Shown here: in pieces, positions 11,314 to 23,900 of the stretch | Numbering within the stretch: position 1 is the stretch's first letter | Layout of the letters: each line of letters starts with the position of its first letter | Assembly: GCA_013239625.1 (NCBI GenBank) | Contig: MU054130.1 | Location: 1 to 39,116 of the forward strand | DNA length: 39,116 nucleotides | Origin: Lama guanicoe | Lineage: Eukaryota | Reading direction: 5' to 3' | Position numbers and translations under genes: made by a program | The notes under the pieces: model-generated | Seen by the model: only the letters and a program-made list of their open reading frames with translations | Databases searched by the model: none | What the model was told of the DNA's origin: nothing

Positions 11314-12861
11314 CAAAGTTCTTAGAAAATAAAATTCTGCTGATGGTACATTTATTTCTGTTCCCTTCATGTTTGTGAATCTCCACATGAGTCACCATTC
11401 ATTACCTACTCTCTCTTGCCTGGATTTTAAGCACTTCTCTACGCTGCCTGTATCTCCCCCTTCAGTCAATAGGGGCTCTGTGTGTGGGGCTTATATGCAG
11501 AGGAGAGGGGAACAAGAACTGGGCTCCCCTCTCCTGGTCATCAGTTAAATAAAACTCAGATTCTGCTTCAAAGCCAGAGGGCCCTCAGTCATTAACCTTT
11601 CTCCACATGAGAATTGGCCACTTATTTCAGCTTTTTGCCTCTTTGCCTCTCAGGCAGTTTTTAATTCATTTAATTCATTGATACGACTTTTTCCTTTGAC
11701 ACCAAGGTTATCAAGTTTCAATAACAGGCACTAGTAAGAACCTTATCAAAAGCTCTTTGATGGTCTAAATAAATCATATCCATGCTGTGAGAAGAATGGA
11801 CCCAACAAAAATACAAAACCCAGGCAAGATACAAGTGTCATCTTGTTGTTGAGTTGCTGGGACTTTTATACCTTCAAGAAGCACAAAGTTAAGCAATTGG
11901 TTTCATGTCCTAAAACTTGTATTCCTTGCTAAATTCTATTATAGAAATCTGCTGTGGAAAGACTTTCAGTAGCATCCGTAGCAGGTTAATTTTTAATTTC
12001 TCTCTTTGGGGTTAATCAGATAACCTGACATTTTCTTCTTTCTACTCTTGCATACCCAGAAGTGAGAGCGTCAGCATCTTGCAACCCATAAGGTCCTATG
12101 TCTTTGTTCAGACTTAAGGAGTCAGACTTGTAAAGAAGAGACTAAGGGTTAGTTTTAAGAGAGGAAACTTGATGGGGGAGGCCCCATCATCATTTGTCCT
12201 GCTGTTAAAACACAGACCGCAGAGAGGCCCTCGGTTGCTTGTAGGCCAGGGTCCCAGCTCTCTTGCCCTGGGGTGTGGGTGTGCTGTGCTGTTGTCTTGT
12301 GAGATGCAGGTCTTCAGTCTCTTCCAGCTCAAGTCTCTTCTCCTCTGTGGTGGATGGAAACAGTGATGACCAGGGAAGATCTGGGTGTTGATTCAGTCCC
12401 ATTGACAACCTTATCACTTGTTTTTCTGAACACAGTCCCTGGACTCATTAGTACTGTTAAGTGCTCGGCTTAAGAAGTCTGTTAAGAAGTCTCTGTGAAT
12501 ATTGTAAAATGTATCGTTTTCATGATATGATTCTGTGTTTTTCCAATATTCAAAATATTAGTGGCTCTGTGTTAATCATAGGATTAAATCTGATCTTTTT
12601 AGTCTGACTTCATGGCCTTCCACTATCTGACATGACCTTTCTCTTCCATGTTTTCTCAATATAGAGAAATCATATAGGGAGTTGGGTCTAGAGAGAGAAT
12701 AGGGAAGGGCTGGGAAGGCAGGAAAATCGTGCTGTTAAAGTTATGACGACTTTATTATAAAGGAGTTTCTTAAACTTGTGAATCAAAGGAAATTTTTTGG
12801 TCATAAAATGAGTTTGCTTATCAGCAACTTTTATTTTCTATCTAACCTGACGTTACGTCTT

Positions 12862-13194
12862 TCTTTTTCTTCTAGTTTTATTGAGATGTAATTGGCATAT
12901 AATATTGTATTAGTTTAAGCTATACCATATGGTGATTTCATATGTGTATCTATTCTGAAATGATTACCATAGTAAGTTTAGTTAGCATCCATCACCTCAC
13001 AGTTACAAATCTTTTTTTTTTTTCCTTTGTGATGAGAACTTTAAGGATCTACTCTCTCAGCAACTGTCAAATATACAATACATTGTACAGTATTGTTAAC
13101 TGTAGTCACCATGCTGGACACCACACCCACAGGACTCACTTGTCTTATAATTGGACGCTTGTCTTGTTTGACCGCTTCCACCCATTCTCCCTGC
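12862..13194 (-). mobile_element. L1MA9-like 3' end with decayed TSD
   Basis: ttttattgagatgtaattggcatat...gatgagaactttaaggatctactctctcagcaact. Flanks cctgacgttacgtctt (12846-12861) and cctgaagagacatctt (13195-13210) match at 12/16. Confidence 0.85.
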
Positions 13195-13324
13195 CCTGAA
13201 GAGACATCTTGAAGGGAACACTCTACTTGGTAGAGTTCAAAAAGTTTTCCAGCAGCTTAGAGTGGGCAAAACTTCCTCACCTGAAGAGACTTGAGGGCCC
13301 CAAGAGTTCCAATGGTATATGCTT

Positions 13325-13465
13325 CTCATTTGTTCATTCTCTTCTCATCTGTTTAACAGATATGTATTGAATACCTACTATGTGCCAGGGACTGGTGTGA
13401 GCACTAGGAAAGGAGCATTAAAAAAAAACAGAACAAAAATCTCTGCCCTCCTGGACTGCCATTAG
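13325..13465 (-). mobile_element. L2 3' end
   Basis: tttaacagatatgtattgaatacctactatgtgccaggg...aaaaatctctgccctcctgga. Confidence 0.8.
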
Positions 13466-14023
13466 AGCAACCCTTACACCTTTTTAGATTTTTCTTTTAG
13501 ACTTTTTCCATAAAAACATTTGTTTTGATATGCCTAAGAAGTTGTCCATATTTTTCATATAAACTTTTTGTAAATTTTGCTTCACAGATGTATTGCAGCT
13601 ATAGGCTGTGCCTGTTAATAATTTATGATCTTTTTGTCTTTTTTTTTTTTTGAGGATGTTACAATGCACATGCTACAATTTTTGGGTGTGTGGTTTTCCA
13701 GTCATTTCTATAGAAAAGCATATTTTTGGTAACAGTAGCTGTATTGCCATGTGAATATACCATATTTTCCCTGTTGTCTGCATTAAACATTACATCATAA
13801 TACTTTCCTTTAATGCTCATGGACAGTTTCCTTGGCCTACATTTTTATTTTAGAAAATCTTTAAAATATGTAAAAATGTAGGAGGATTTGTGAGTGAATT
13901 TGCACTGCAGACTTAAAAAAAAAGACTCTAGGAATGATGGACTTACAGTGTTTATTTAAAAAAAAAACAACACCTCTCAACCCTTTCATCCAAAAGTGAA
14001 AACAGAACCATTTATGGGTTTTT

Positions 14024-14107
14024 TTGGGTATATATGTATTTTTATTTAAGTCTAGTCAGTTTACAATGTTGTGTCCATTTCTGCTGTACAGCATAATGCT
14101 TCACTCA
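14024..14107 (-). mobile_element. Ultra-short L1 3' stub with 18-nt TSD
   Basis: tagtcagtttacaatgttgtgtccatttctgctgtacagcataatg, flanked by AACCATTTATGG(G/A)TTTTT at 14006-14023 and 14108-14125. Confidence 0.85.
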
Positions 14108-14213
14108 AACCATTTATGGATTTTTACAAAGTCTGCTCTCCTAAATACACATCAAGTATTCCTCTTGTATTTCAAAGTCTTCCTTATAGTATTTTTCCGG
14201 AGTAACTTTTGCT

Positions 14214-14261
14214 TAATTTCCTGAGTAATTTCCCGAGTAATTTCCCGAAGTAACTTTCCTG
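14214..14261 (+). repeat. Short about 12-nt tandem repeat (TAATTTCCCGAG-like x4)
   Basis: taatttcctgag taatttcccgag taatttcccgaag taactttcctg. Confidence 0.8.
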
Positions 14262-14556
14262 CCCATGGCAAGAGTTCATTAAAGTGTTTTAGAATCAGGT
14301 GATTCTCTTTGCATTCTCCTATGAAATTCATAGACTCTTTTGAAAGTGCCTACCAGAAATGTCAGTCACTTACCTCACTTTTCAGTTATTCTTGCTAAAT
14401 TCAGTTTGTTGCTGCTGTCTGAGAGCAGGCTGACTCACTCAGGAAGGCAGCTGCATGTTTTTGTCATCAGCTGAGCTTTCCACAGCCAGCACACACACAG
14501 TTCCCCTCAAGTGCTCTCAGGTGTTGCTATTCCCAAACCATGGCTGGGAGCAAGTG

Positions 14557-14590
14557 TTTCTTTCTTTCTTTCTTTCTTTCTTTCTTTTTA
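14557..14590 (+). repeat. (TTTC)n microsatellite
   Basis: tttctttctttctttctttctttctttcttttt. Confidence 0.95.
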
Positions 14591-15034
14591 ATTTAAAGGT
14601 GGAAGACTTTCCCCTTGAGCTTGACATTTCATCCAGGGTGTTGCAGAGAGTCTGTTTACCCAGCTGCTAAGACCAAAAACCTAGGCAAAGCAAAAGCACG
14701 TTAAAAGTCCCCAGCTAAAACCCAGAAGAAGAGATATAATAGAGACTAATCCAGGGCCTGTTTCAACAAACGCCTTCTTTGCAAGGCTGAGGAGCAACAA
14801 ACGCGTCATGCAGTGCTGTTCGCACACAGGGCCAGCATTTTTGCAATAGTTAGGACCTCTCAAGGGAGAGACTGAAAGTCATGATGTGCATTGAACTAAG
14901 AAGAGAAGGATTAAGATGATATATTAGTAGTTGGGGAGAAATAATAGGAAGACATGAAATGAGGATGAAGGAAAAGAGAAATAATGGGTTAAATAGAAAT
15001 ACAGTTCATCTTATTCCTCCCCTTCCCCTCTTCA

Positions 15035-15320
15035 TCAATGTTAATGGCCACTAACTGTGCGCCTTGTCCTGCAGATACAGAGATGAAAGATGAGGTCGAT
15101 TCTTAGTCTAAGCAGGAAAAGAAACAAGTAAAGCAATGAATTAAGTAGCATGTATGAAGTGCAGCTGTAAACGTTCGCACAGGGTGCAGGGAGCCCAGAG
15201 AAGGGGCAACTACTTCAATCTGGGCGAGTCAGAGAAGGCTTCCTGGAGACAGTGTCACCTGAGGTGAGTCTTAAAGGACAAACAGAATTAGGCAAGTGAA
15301 GAAAAAAGACAGTTCAAAGA
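15035..15320 (-). mobile_element. L2 fragment
   Basis: gatacagagatgaaag...gtcagagaaggcttcctggagacagtgtcacctgaggtgagtcttaaaggacaaacagaa. Confidence 0.7.
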
Positions 15321-16459
15321 AGGAAATATTGAACTGAGTGTAATTTTATAGGGAGAAAAAAATTACAGAAGAAGAAAAAAAAGTAGCTTGGAAAGAAACT
15401 GATGACAACTTCTAAACTGCTATTTGAAAAATGCTATACATGTTAAGGAAGTGAATGTCAGTATCGTCCTAGTGAAGGCATTGCTAAAAAGTTGGTCACA
15501 CGAAGTTGTCATAAATAAAACCAACAGAGTAAGATACATTTACCTTTAAAAGTACTGTGGCCAATCCTTTAGTAAAATAAATAATTACTTTCGGTTTTGA
15601 ATGATCTCAGTTTTTCTTAAGTTTCTGGTAGGTAATTGAATATTTATTTTTGGAGTGTACTATCTTAAAATACTGTGAAATTAAATGCCTTCTAAACAGG
15701 ACCTTCTAAACAGAGGTGCTAATAAACAAATATTTGTTGAATTGAATCCAGAATTTATTAAAGAGCTTCATCTCTTCATTTTTGATGTCAACTTATTTTT
15801 AATAGGCTTGTTCAGAATATTGGAGAGTTGGACCTAGAGCATTTTGGGCTGTTGATGGAGGGGTTGTGACTTCAAAGCTGCCTAAATACAATGTTAATTA
15901 AAAAAAAAAACTGCCATTTTGGTACCATCAGGCAAATTTGGTCACTCCACTTCCCTGGCTAGGTCTTTCAGGGAGTCTCCATAGCTTTGAAGATAAAGTT
16001 TAAACCATTTATCTTAACACATGTAATTGCATCTCCCACTTTTGCCTTTGAACCACCTACAACTCCTTATAATTTGGTCTGGTCTTTTAATCCGCTGTGT
16101 CTTCCCACATGCTCATTGCTTTTCACTAAAATGATGAAGCTTCTTTGGCTCACTGGCTGCTACCAATCCTTTAAAATGAGCATGAGTTTTGGGAGGTTTC
16201 CCTATCTCATTTGTGTATTTTAAGCAGCTCTTCCCATGTTGCTGCATCAGAGCATCTGTTGCACTCAACTGTCATCGATCGTCCTCCTTGACAAGACAGT
16301 CAATTTCTTAAGGCAGAGACTATCTTTTTGTTTTTAAAGACATTTTTTAAGAAACCCCATGTCGGGTCAAAATAAAAAAAGAGGAGAGAAGTGATAGCTG
16401 GAAATGAGCACTTTTTGCAAAAGTAACCCAGGAAGCCTGTATTATGATCCCCAGAATGT

Positions 16460-16700
16460 CAAAAAGACCTGAATTTGAGATCAGAGTCTTCCACTCACTC
16501 ACTCTGTGGTCCTGAGCGAATCAGAGGAGCACATATAACATATATAAATCAGAGGATTTGCTCAGGACCACATATAACATATATAACGTATATAACAGTG
16601 CATATAACAATACCTACATCACTGTCAGAATTAGAAACCAGATCAGGCATGAAAACAGCTAGCACAGCCTTCAGCATAACAACAGTGCCCACTGCATTTT
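16460..16700 (+). mobile_element. MIR remnant with internal local duplications
   Basis: aagacctgaatttgagatc...cactcactctgtggtcctgagcgaatca at the 5' side and aatacctac...gctagcacagc at the 3' side. The core is replaced by CACATATAACATATATAA repeats. Confidence 0.5.
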
Positions 16701-19700
16701 AGGAGAATCTCAATCCTCAAGAATCACAAATTACAGCTTGCAAAGTTCTCCTGTATCATTTTTTTAATTCATGGATGCCATGTTTTTGAGAGATTTTTCT
16801 CTCCCAAAGGGTAATTATTATATGAATTAGTGTGCACAATTTTTATTCAATTAAGTTCTATGTAACTGCCAATCAAATCCCAATTAGGATGATAGAAACA
16901 GTGTTATTGTACTGATTTGATTTAATTCTAGCAAGAGTAAAGCACAACATTCTAGTTGCCCTCTGTGGCCTTGTTGCAGCTAAATAAATGATTTCTGTTT
17001 GAATTTTTTAACAAATTAAAAATAGCTCACAAGAGTTAGGAATACATTTAACTTTGTACAGTGCCCTTAATGAAGGCTATTAATAGTGCTTAGTTTTTTT
17101 CTTTTTTTAAGCCCAAAGTGGACCTTAATGGCCCATGTTCTATTCCCTTTCAAGAAACACTATTTCTCAGTGTGGGCAGTGAATTTGGAACATGCGAACA
17201 TTCCGCGTAAGCTATTCCATGCATTTGTGGTTGTGCCCTCGTAAAGAATGAAACACTTGAGTGTGTTCCTGAGCTGCTGCGCTGTGTTAATAGCCTCTAT
17301 GAGAAGTTTTAGTCAGGGCCTTTGAACTCTGAAGTAAAACACATCCATGAGTTCTCCTGTGTCATTTTTATGGTTACATTTTTCAAAAAGTTTTAATGGG
17401 TATCTCTGGCCTTCCTGAAAGCTGTTGACTTTACTTTTCTCTTAAATAACATCTATAATATCCTTAATTTTAATTTTTAGTAGAAAATAAAACTACCTCA
17501 TATTTCATCTCTGACAGCCCCCTGTCTCTTGCCCCTTCCCCTGCCCCCCTTTCTTAAATCTGCATTTAAGTCCTCCCTCCTGCCGCTTTCCACGGCCCCA
17601 TCTTCCTGTCCTTACCCTGTGTTTCATAATTTGAGCCCTATTGCAATTAAGTAAGTCATGGCTATTATGGACCAGCTTCCTGGCTGGGTTTTACCTATTT
17701 GCAGGAAAGCTTCATTGAACAGGTGGTTTGCTTAGAGATCCTGGAGGCTTTTATCAATGGCTGTCTATATGGTATAATTTAGAAGGACTGGAAGGCACCT
17801 CTTGTGAAGGGAATATAACCCTTCCTGACACATAGCTCGCTGATTTCAGAAATTCTGCGATTATAGGTTTTAGGGGCTTGAAAGTGTGTCCACCCTTCAG
17901 TTTCAAATAGCACAGGGGGAGTTGAAGCACTAACTCTTTGAGTAAGTAAAATTCCCCCAGGCCCTTTCCTCAGACTAGATTTTTTAACTGGAGAAATCAC
18001 CAAAGCCCTGGCTGCCTAAGGTGGGCGAGGAGCAGAATAAAAGGCTGAGAGCAGTCAGGGGCCTCAGAGGTTAAGCTGCCCTCACTGACACTTTTGCCAG
18101 GGCTGGAAGGCTGGGAAGTCTCTTTTAACTCTGCTTAATTCCTCCCCTCTCTCAGCCTCGCAACCTTCGACTCTCCCATGTCTACATGGTTTTAATATAC
18201 ATAGAGAAACTTACTGTTTTCTCCCATGGAAACTTTTTTTGTTGGTCTAATATTCTTTTTCTCATGTGATCACATTTTAAAATCTCTTCTGCCAGCCTTT
18301 CCCCCCTCCCTGCTGACTTCTATTAGCATCTTATGAGGCTGCATTTCATGTGATTTATATATATCCTCAAACTACATATTTAGTTTATTGTAACCTCCCC
18401 CCAGACTTTCATAATGCCTTGAATCATATCATTGTAGGTTTATCTGGCATCCACTGCAGAGGGCTGATTTGGATAAATGGGTCTGACGTTCGCCGAGGGT
18501 CACATTTGTTTTCTTATGCATTCCGTGGCAGCTCTGCCATTATCAGCTAATAGATGGTCCCTTGTAAAATGTCTACATTTTATGTGGTACATTTTTCTGA
18601 ATGTTGGTTCTTTGGAGATAGATTTAAGTGGCTATGTGTTGTTACTATAAAATCAGCCTGGAGGGAAAAAGAATGAAAGAAACCCAGCCCTGGGATGCAT
18701 CCCTTTGGCTTACAGAATGCAAAAGGAACCACTGCAACTCCAAACAAGCTCCACATGACCAGGGCTCTTTCCACGCTGTTAAGAGAATTCTTTGTGACTG
18801 AGAATCAAGTGATGTCTTTAAGTGAGTCAGGATGGAATGGAATGTCATCCCACTCCGTCCCTCCCCCTTCTTTTTTCCAGGAGGGCTATAAACCATTCCA
18901 CACTGCCTTTTAGTAGAAAGAATTAGGTGGTAGTGGTGGGATATTTATATGCATGTGCAGGGGGGGATGATGGTGGTGGGAGGCAGTCCAGTAAACTCTG
19001 TTTCCCTGGATAAAACATTTAATACCTTTGGTTCTCCATTGGAACTTAATGTATATTTTTAGATTTATAGAATGTTAGAGTCCTAAACACTTGGGGAGCT
19101 GGATAGAACTTTGTATATCATTGAACTTAACCCCTTCCTAAGTGTAAGAACTTAGAATTTAACAGCATCATAGCCAGAGACCCCTTGAAATCTGGTGGGA
19201 GTTTCCACAAAGCCAACTCGAAAGGCCTTCCTTTTGGGAGGGTGTGGGCACAGCTCTCCAGACTTTGCTGGCTGACCTGCTTTTGCTCTTGACTTTTGAA
19301 TTGGCTAGAGAATCTGGAGTTTGACTGGGTCTCCTGACGCTCCAGTTTGCTTCTCGGACTCCCAGACTCATTCCTGCCCTGCCCAATTTCCTGCCGGCCT
19401 CTGGCTTGGACTGAGTTCTGGTCTGCAACTATTTCCCTGCCCCACCACCCCCTGACCCCACTTGGGTTCTATTCTTATCTTTTAACTTCGGCTTTCCAGC
19501 TTGGGCCATCCTTGGGCTTTTGATCTTACATCAACTGATGTTTCTGGTGAGAGCTGACTCCACCGCTCTCCCAGTGCTGACAGCTGACATCCCTGCTGAG
19601 TCTTGATTTCCACCAGCTGTCCAGCATCCTGGAACACTCCCTAGTGACCAGCTGCTCCTGGCCGTCTTCACCTGGACAATCCACAGTAGTTTTGGCAAGC

Positions 19701-19938
19701 AACTCACTGCTTCCAGTGCCAGACTGGACCTACCTTCGATCTTGTTTAACATGCTTTCCCCAGTATCACATCGATCACTGGTAAGGCTCAAATTGGAATC
19801 TTCTGAATATGAAGGCGTTGTCCACAGTACTCACAGGTCAGATGCTTATTTCTCTTTTCTCTAACTATAAATTTTGTGTTTAGAATAATCCTGGCTAGGA
19901 AAAGAAAATGGGTGAACATTCTGCACCTCCCGTGCCAC

Positions 19939-19962
19939 CACACACACACACACACACACACA
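19939..19962 (+). repeat. (CA)12 microsatellite
   Basis: Direct reading. Confidence 0.95.
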
Positions 19963-20717
19963 ATCTCTTAATCTTTCAATTTATAAATTTGCATTTTTCT
20001 TTCATAATGATTTTTCTTTCCCCTATTGTGAATTGTTTTTCTTTTCTCATTTGCTAACTTTGGAAAAAGAAAAATCCAGACATTGGAATGTCTGCGTTTG
20101 TTTAAGTCACAGTACTCTGTTCAATTTAATGAAGGGAAACAAAAAAAGGAAAATCAGAATGCTGGCCTAGATCTTTGTGGCTCTGGGATGGCCCCTTTTG
20201 GTGGCCATTGATATATACTATATTTGGAAAATAAAAGTAATTGGTGGTTCCACGCTATTTTTAAACACATCAAAGTACAGAAACATGTTCTACAATAAAA
20301 AAATTTAGATCTATGAGAAAGAGAAATTGTGAGTAACATAACTGTTTTGTAGTGATTAACATACTATTTTCTAAAATAGTTAAATAAAAAGAGGATTTAT
20401 TTATATTTAATGAGGTGGCGGTAATAGATATATGTCACACGGCATACTGTGCCAACAGAGAGCTTTTTCTAGGGTCTATAGAACATTTACAAGCACTGAT
20501 TACAAACTAGGCTACAAAGAAAATCTTAGCTTCAGGAAAGAAAACTAACCACAATGAAATATTTTAAAAATTAATAACAAATTTAAATATTTAAATATAG
20601 TCATAACTACAAAACATAGCATGCAAGCCAAAGAAATTTAATATGGGGTGAAAATTTAAAAATCATAGTTAACTATCATGGTGTAGTAAACCATCCTAAA
20701 ACTTACTGCCTTAAAAT

Positions 20718-20970
20718 GTGTCTGAAAACTTTTTCTGAAAAAATGTCGATAGTAAATAGGCTTTGCAAACTATGTGGTTTTCCTTGTAGCTACTTAACTC
20801 TAGCACAGTAGCGAGATGGCAGCCATAGACAATACTTAAATGAGTGAGTGTGACTGTATTCTGAAAGGCCTTTTTCTATGTATATTGAAGGTTGAATTTT
20901 CATGTTTTTCATGTTATGAGATATTATTCTTTTGCTCTCTTTCAACTATTTAAAAATGTTACATCCATTT
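20718..20970. mobile_element. MER58B-like hAT-Charlie element, truncated by L1
   Basis: aaactttttctg...gatagtaaataggctttgc...gcagccatagacaatacttaaatgagtgagtgtgactgt...ttcaactatttaaaaatgt. Confidence 0.8.
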
Positions 20971-23900
20971 TTTGTTGTTGTTGAAAACTTACAGGATTCG
21001 CTCTGTTAACAATTTTCTTGCACATTATACAGCAGTGTTAGCTATAGTCATCATGCTACATCCTTAGTAAAAACTTAAGTATTTTATAACTGGAAGTTTG
21101 TGCCTTTTAACTATCTTCTTCCAATTTCCCTTCCTCTCATTCTTCACCTCTGGTAACCACAAGTCTGATCTCTTTTTCCTATGAGTTTCTGTTTGTTTGT
21201 TTGCTTTATTTTTTATTTTATTTTTTTTACTGCCACATATAAGTGAGATCATATAGTATTCATCTTTCTCTGTCTGACCTACTTCACTTAGCATACTGCC
21301 TTCAAGGTCCATTCATGTTTTCACAAATGTTAAGATTTCCTTACTTTTTAAGGCTGAATAATATTCCATTGTCTAAGTATACCACAACTTACTTATCCAT
21401 TCATCTATTGATGGACACTTAGTCTGTTTCCATTCCTTGGCTAAAGCAAATGATATATATTCTTCTGAACATGGGGATGCAGGTATCTTTTTGAGTTAGT
21501 GTTTTTGTTTCCTTTGGGTATCTTCCAGAAGTGGAATTGCTGGATCATGTGGTAGTTCTATTTTTAATTTTTTGAGGAACCACCATACTGTTTTCTGTAG
21601 TGTAGCACCAATCTACAATCCCACCAGCAGTCTCCAGCAGTTTCCTTTTCTCCACGTCTATGCCAGCATTTGGTTAATCTTTCCTATTGTTTTTCTGTTC
21701 CCTATTTCATTTGTTTCTCTTCCAATCTTTATTATTTCCTTCCTTCTGCTATCTTTGGGCATGGTTTGTTCTTTTTCTAGTTTCTTAGGCATCGAGTTAC
21801 ATTGTTTATTTGGAATCTTTCTTGCTTTTCAATGTAGACATTTATTGCTGTGAATTTCCTTAGAACTGCTCTTTGCTGCATCCCATTAGTTCTGGTATGT
21901 TGTGTTTTCATTTTCATTTGTCTCAAGAATCTTTTTTATTTCCCCTTTAACTTCTTCTTTGATTCAGGAGACTGTTGTTTAATCCCCATGACTTGGTGAA
22001 TTTTCTAGTTTTCCTCTTGTTACTAATTTCTTGTTTCATGCCATTGTGTCAAAGAAGGTACTTGGTATGATCTCACTCTTTTTGAATATGCTAAGACTTG
22101 TTTGTGGCCTAACGTATGGTCTATCCTAGAAAATGTTCCATGTGCACTTAAAGAGAATGTATATTCTGCTGTTGTTGGATATATTCTGTATATGTCTGCT
22201 AAGTCCAATTGGTCCTTAGTGTTGTTCAAACCTCCTGTTTCCTTATTGATTCTCTGGGTAATCTATCCACTGTTGAGAATGGGGTATTAAACTCCTCATC
22301 TATTGTTCTATTACTTTTTATTTCTCCTCTTAGCTCTGTTAGTTTGTATTTTATATATTTAGCTGTTCCAATATTGGTCACATAAATGCTTTTAGTTGTT
22401 GTAGCTTCTTTGATATATTGACTTCTTTATCATTATATAATGACATTCTTTGTCTCTTTTTATCATTTTTAGTTTAAAGTCAATTTTTTTCTGATAGACG
22501 TATAGCGACCCCTGCTGTTTTTGGCTACCATTTGCTTGAAATTGCTTTTTCCATCCCTTTTCTCCCAGTCTACATGTGTCTGTAAGGCTAAAATGAGTCT
22601 TTTATAGGCAGCATATTGTTAGATCTTATTTTTTAACATTTAATTCAGTTATTCTATATCTTTTAATTGGAGAAATTAATCTTTTTACATTTATGGTAAT
22701 TATTGATAGGTTAGGAATTACTATTGCCATTTTCCTTATTGTGTTCTGGTTGCTTTGTAGATCTGTTGTTCCTTATTCCTTATCCTGCTATCTTTTTTGC
22801 ATTTTGATGTCTTTTAGTATCAGTGTTATTTGACTTCTTTATTGTATTCTTTTGGGTGATTACTACTGGATTTTCCCTTGTGGTTGCTATGAGCCTTACA
22901 TAAATATCTTAAACTTACAACACCCCATTTTAAACTGATAATGACTTAACTTCTGTAGAATTTATAAACTTTACAATTTACTTCTCCTTCATCTCTCATT
23001 TTAGGTAATTACTGTTACAGTTTACATGCTTTTTATACTGTGTAACTAATAGATTATTGTAGTTATGGTTGTTTTTACTATGTTTTTAAAAAATTTTTTT
23101 AAACTAGCCCTTGTATGTGAATTATGCACCGCTATTACCATATTGCAGAATCTACCTATGACTGTATATTTACCAGTACCAGTGAGATTTAAACTTTTTG
23201 TGTTTTTCTGATGTTAATTAGTGTTCTCTTACTTGCACTCGAAGAATTCCCATTAGCATTTCTTGTAAGGAAGGTCTAGTGGTAATGGACTTCTTCAACT
23301 TTCGTTTGTTTGAGAAAGTCTTTATCCCTCTTTTGTTTCTGAAGGACAGGTTTTCTGGGTATAGAATTTTTGATTGGCACTTATTTTTCTTTGAGTGTTT
23401 TGAATATGTCATCCCATTCCCTCTTGGTCTGGAGAGTTTCTGTTAAGCAATCCAGCTATACTCTTATGGGGGTTCCCTTGTATGTAACTTCTCTCTTTTC
23501 ATTTGCTGCTCTTTAAATTCTTTCCTTGTCTTTGACTTTTGACAATTTAATTGTAATGTGTCTCAGTGTAGTCCTGTTTGGGTTCAACCTATTTGGCGAA
23601 TTTTGGGCCTTGTGTATCTAGATATCCATTTCTCTCCCTAGGTTCAGGAAATTTTCAGCCATTTTGCTTTAAGTATACTTTCTGTCTCTTTCTCTTTCTC
23701 TTTTTCTGGAATTCCCATAATGCAAATACCGTTTCTTTTCATTCTGTCCCATAATTCCTATAGGCTTTCTTCACTCTTTTTCTCCTCTGACTGGGCATTT
23801 TCCAATGTGTTATCTTCCAGGTTGCTGATTTTTTTCTTCTACATGGTCAAGTCTATTTTTGAAACTCTCTATTAAATCCTTCCCTTTAGTAATTATATTT

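Noticed and set aside
14214..14261. CRISPR-like array
   Set aside because: Contiguous 12-nt units without spacers in mammalian DNA.
21064..23412. ORFs with endonuclease and ORF1 similarity as functional genes
   Set aside because: Short frameshifted remnants of a dead L1 lacking RT.
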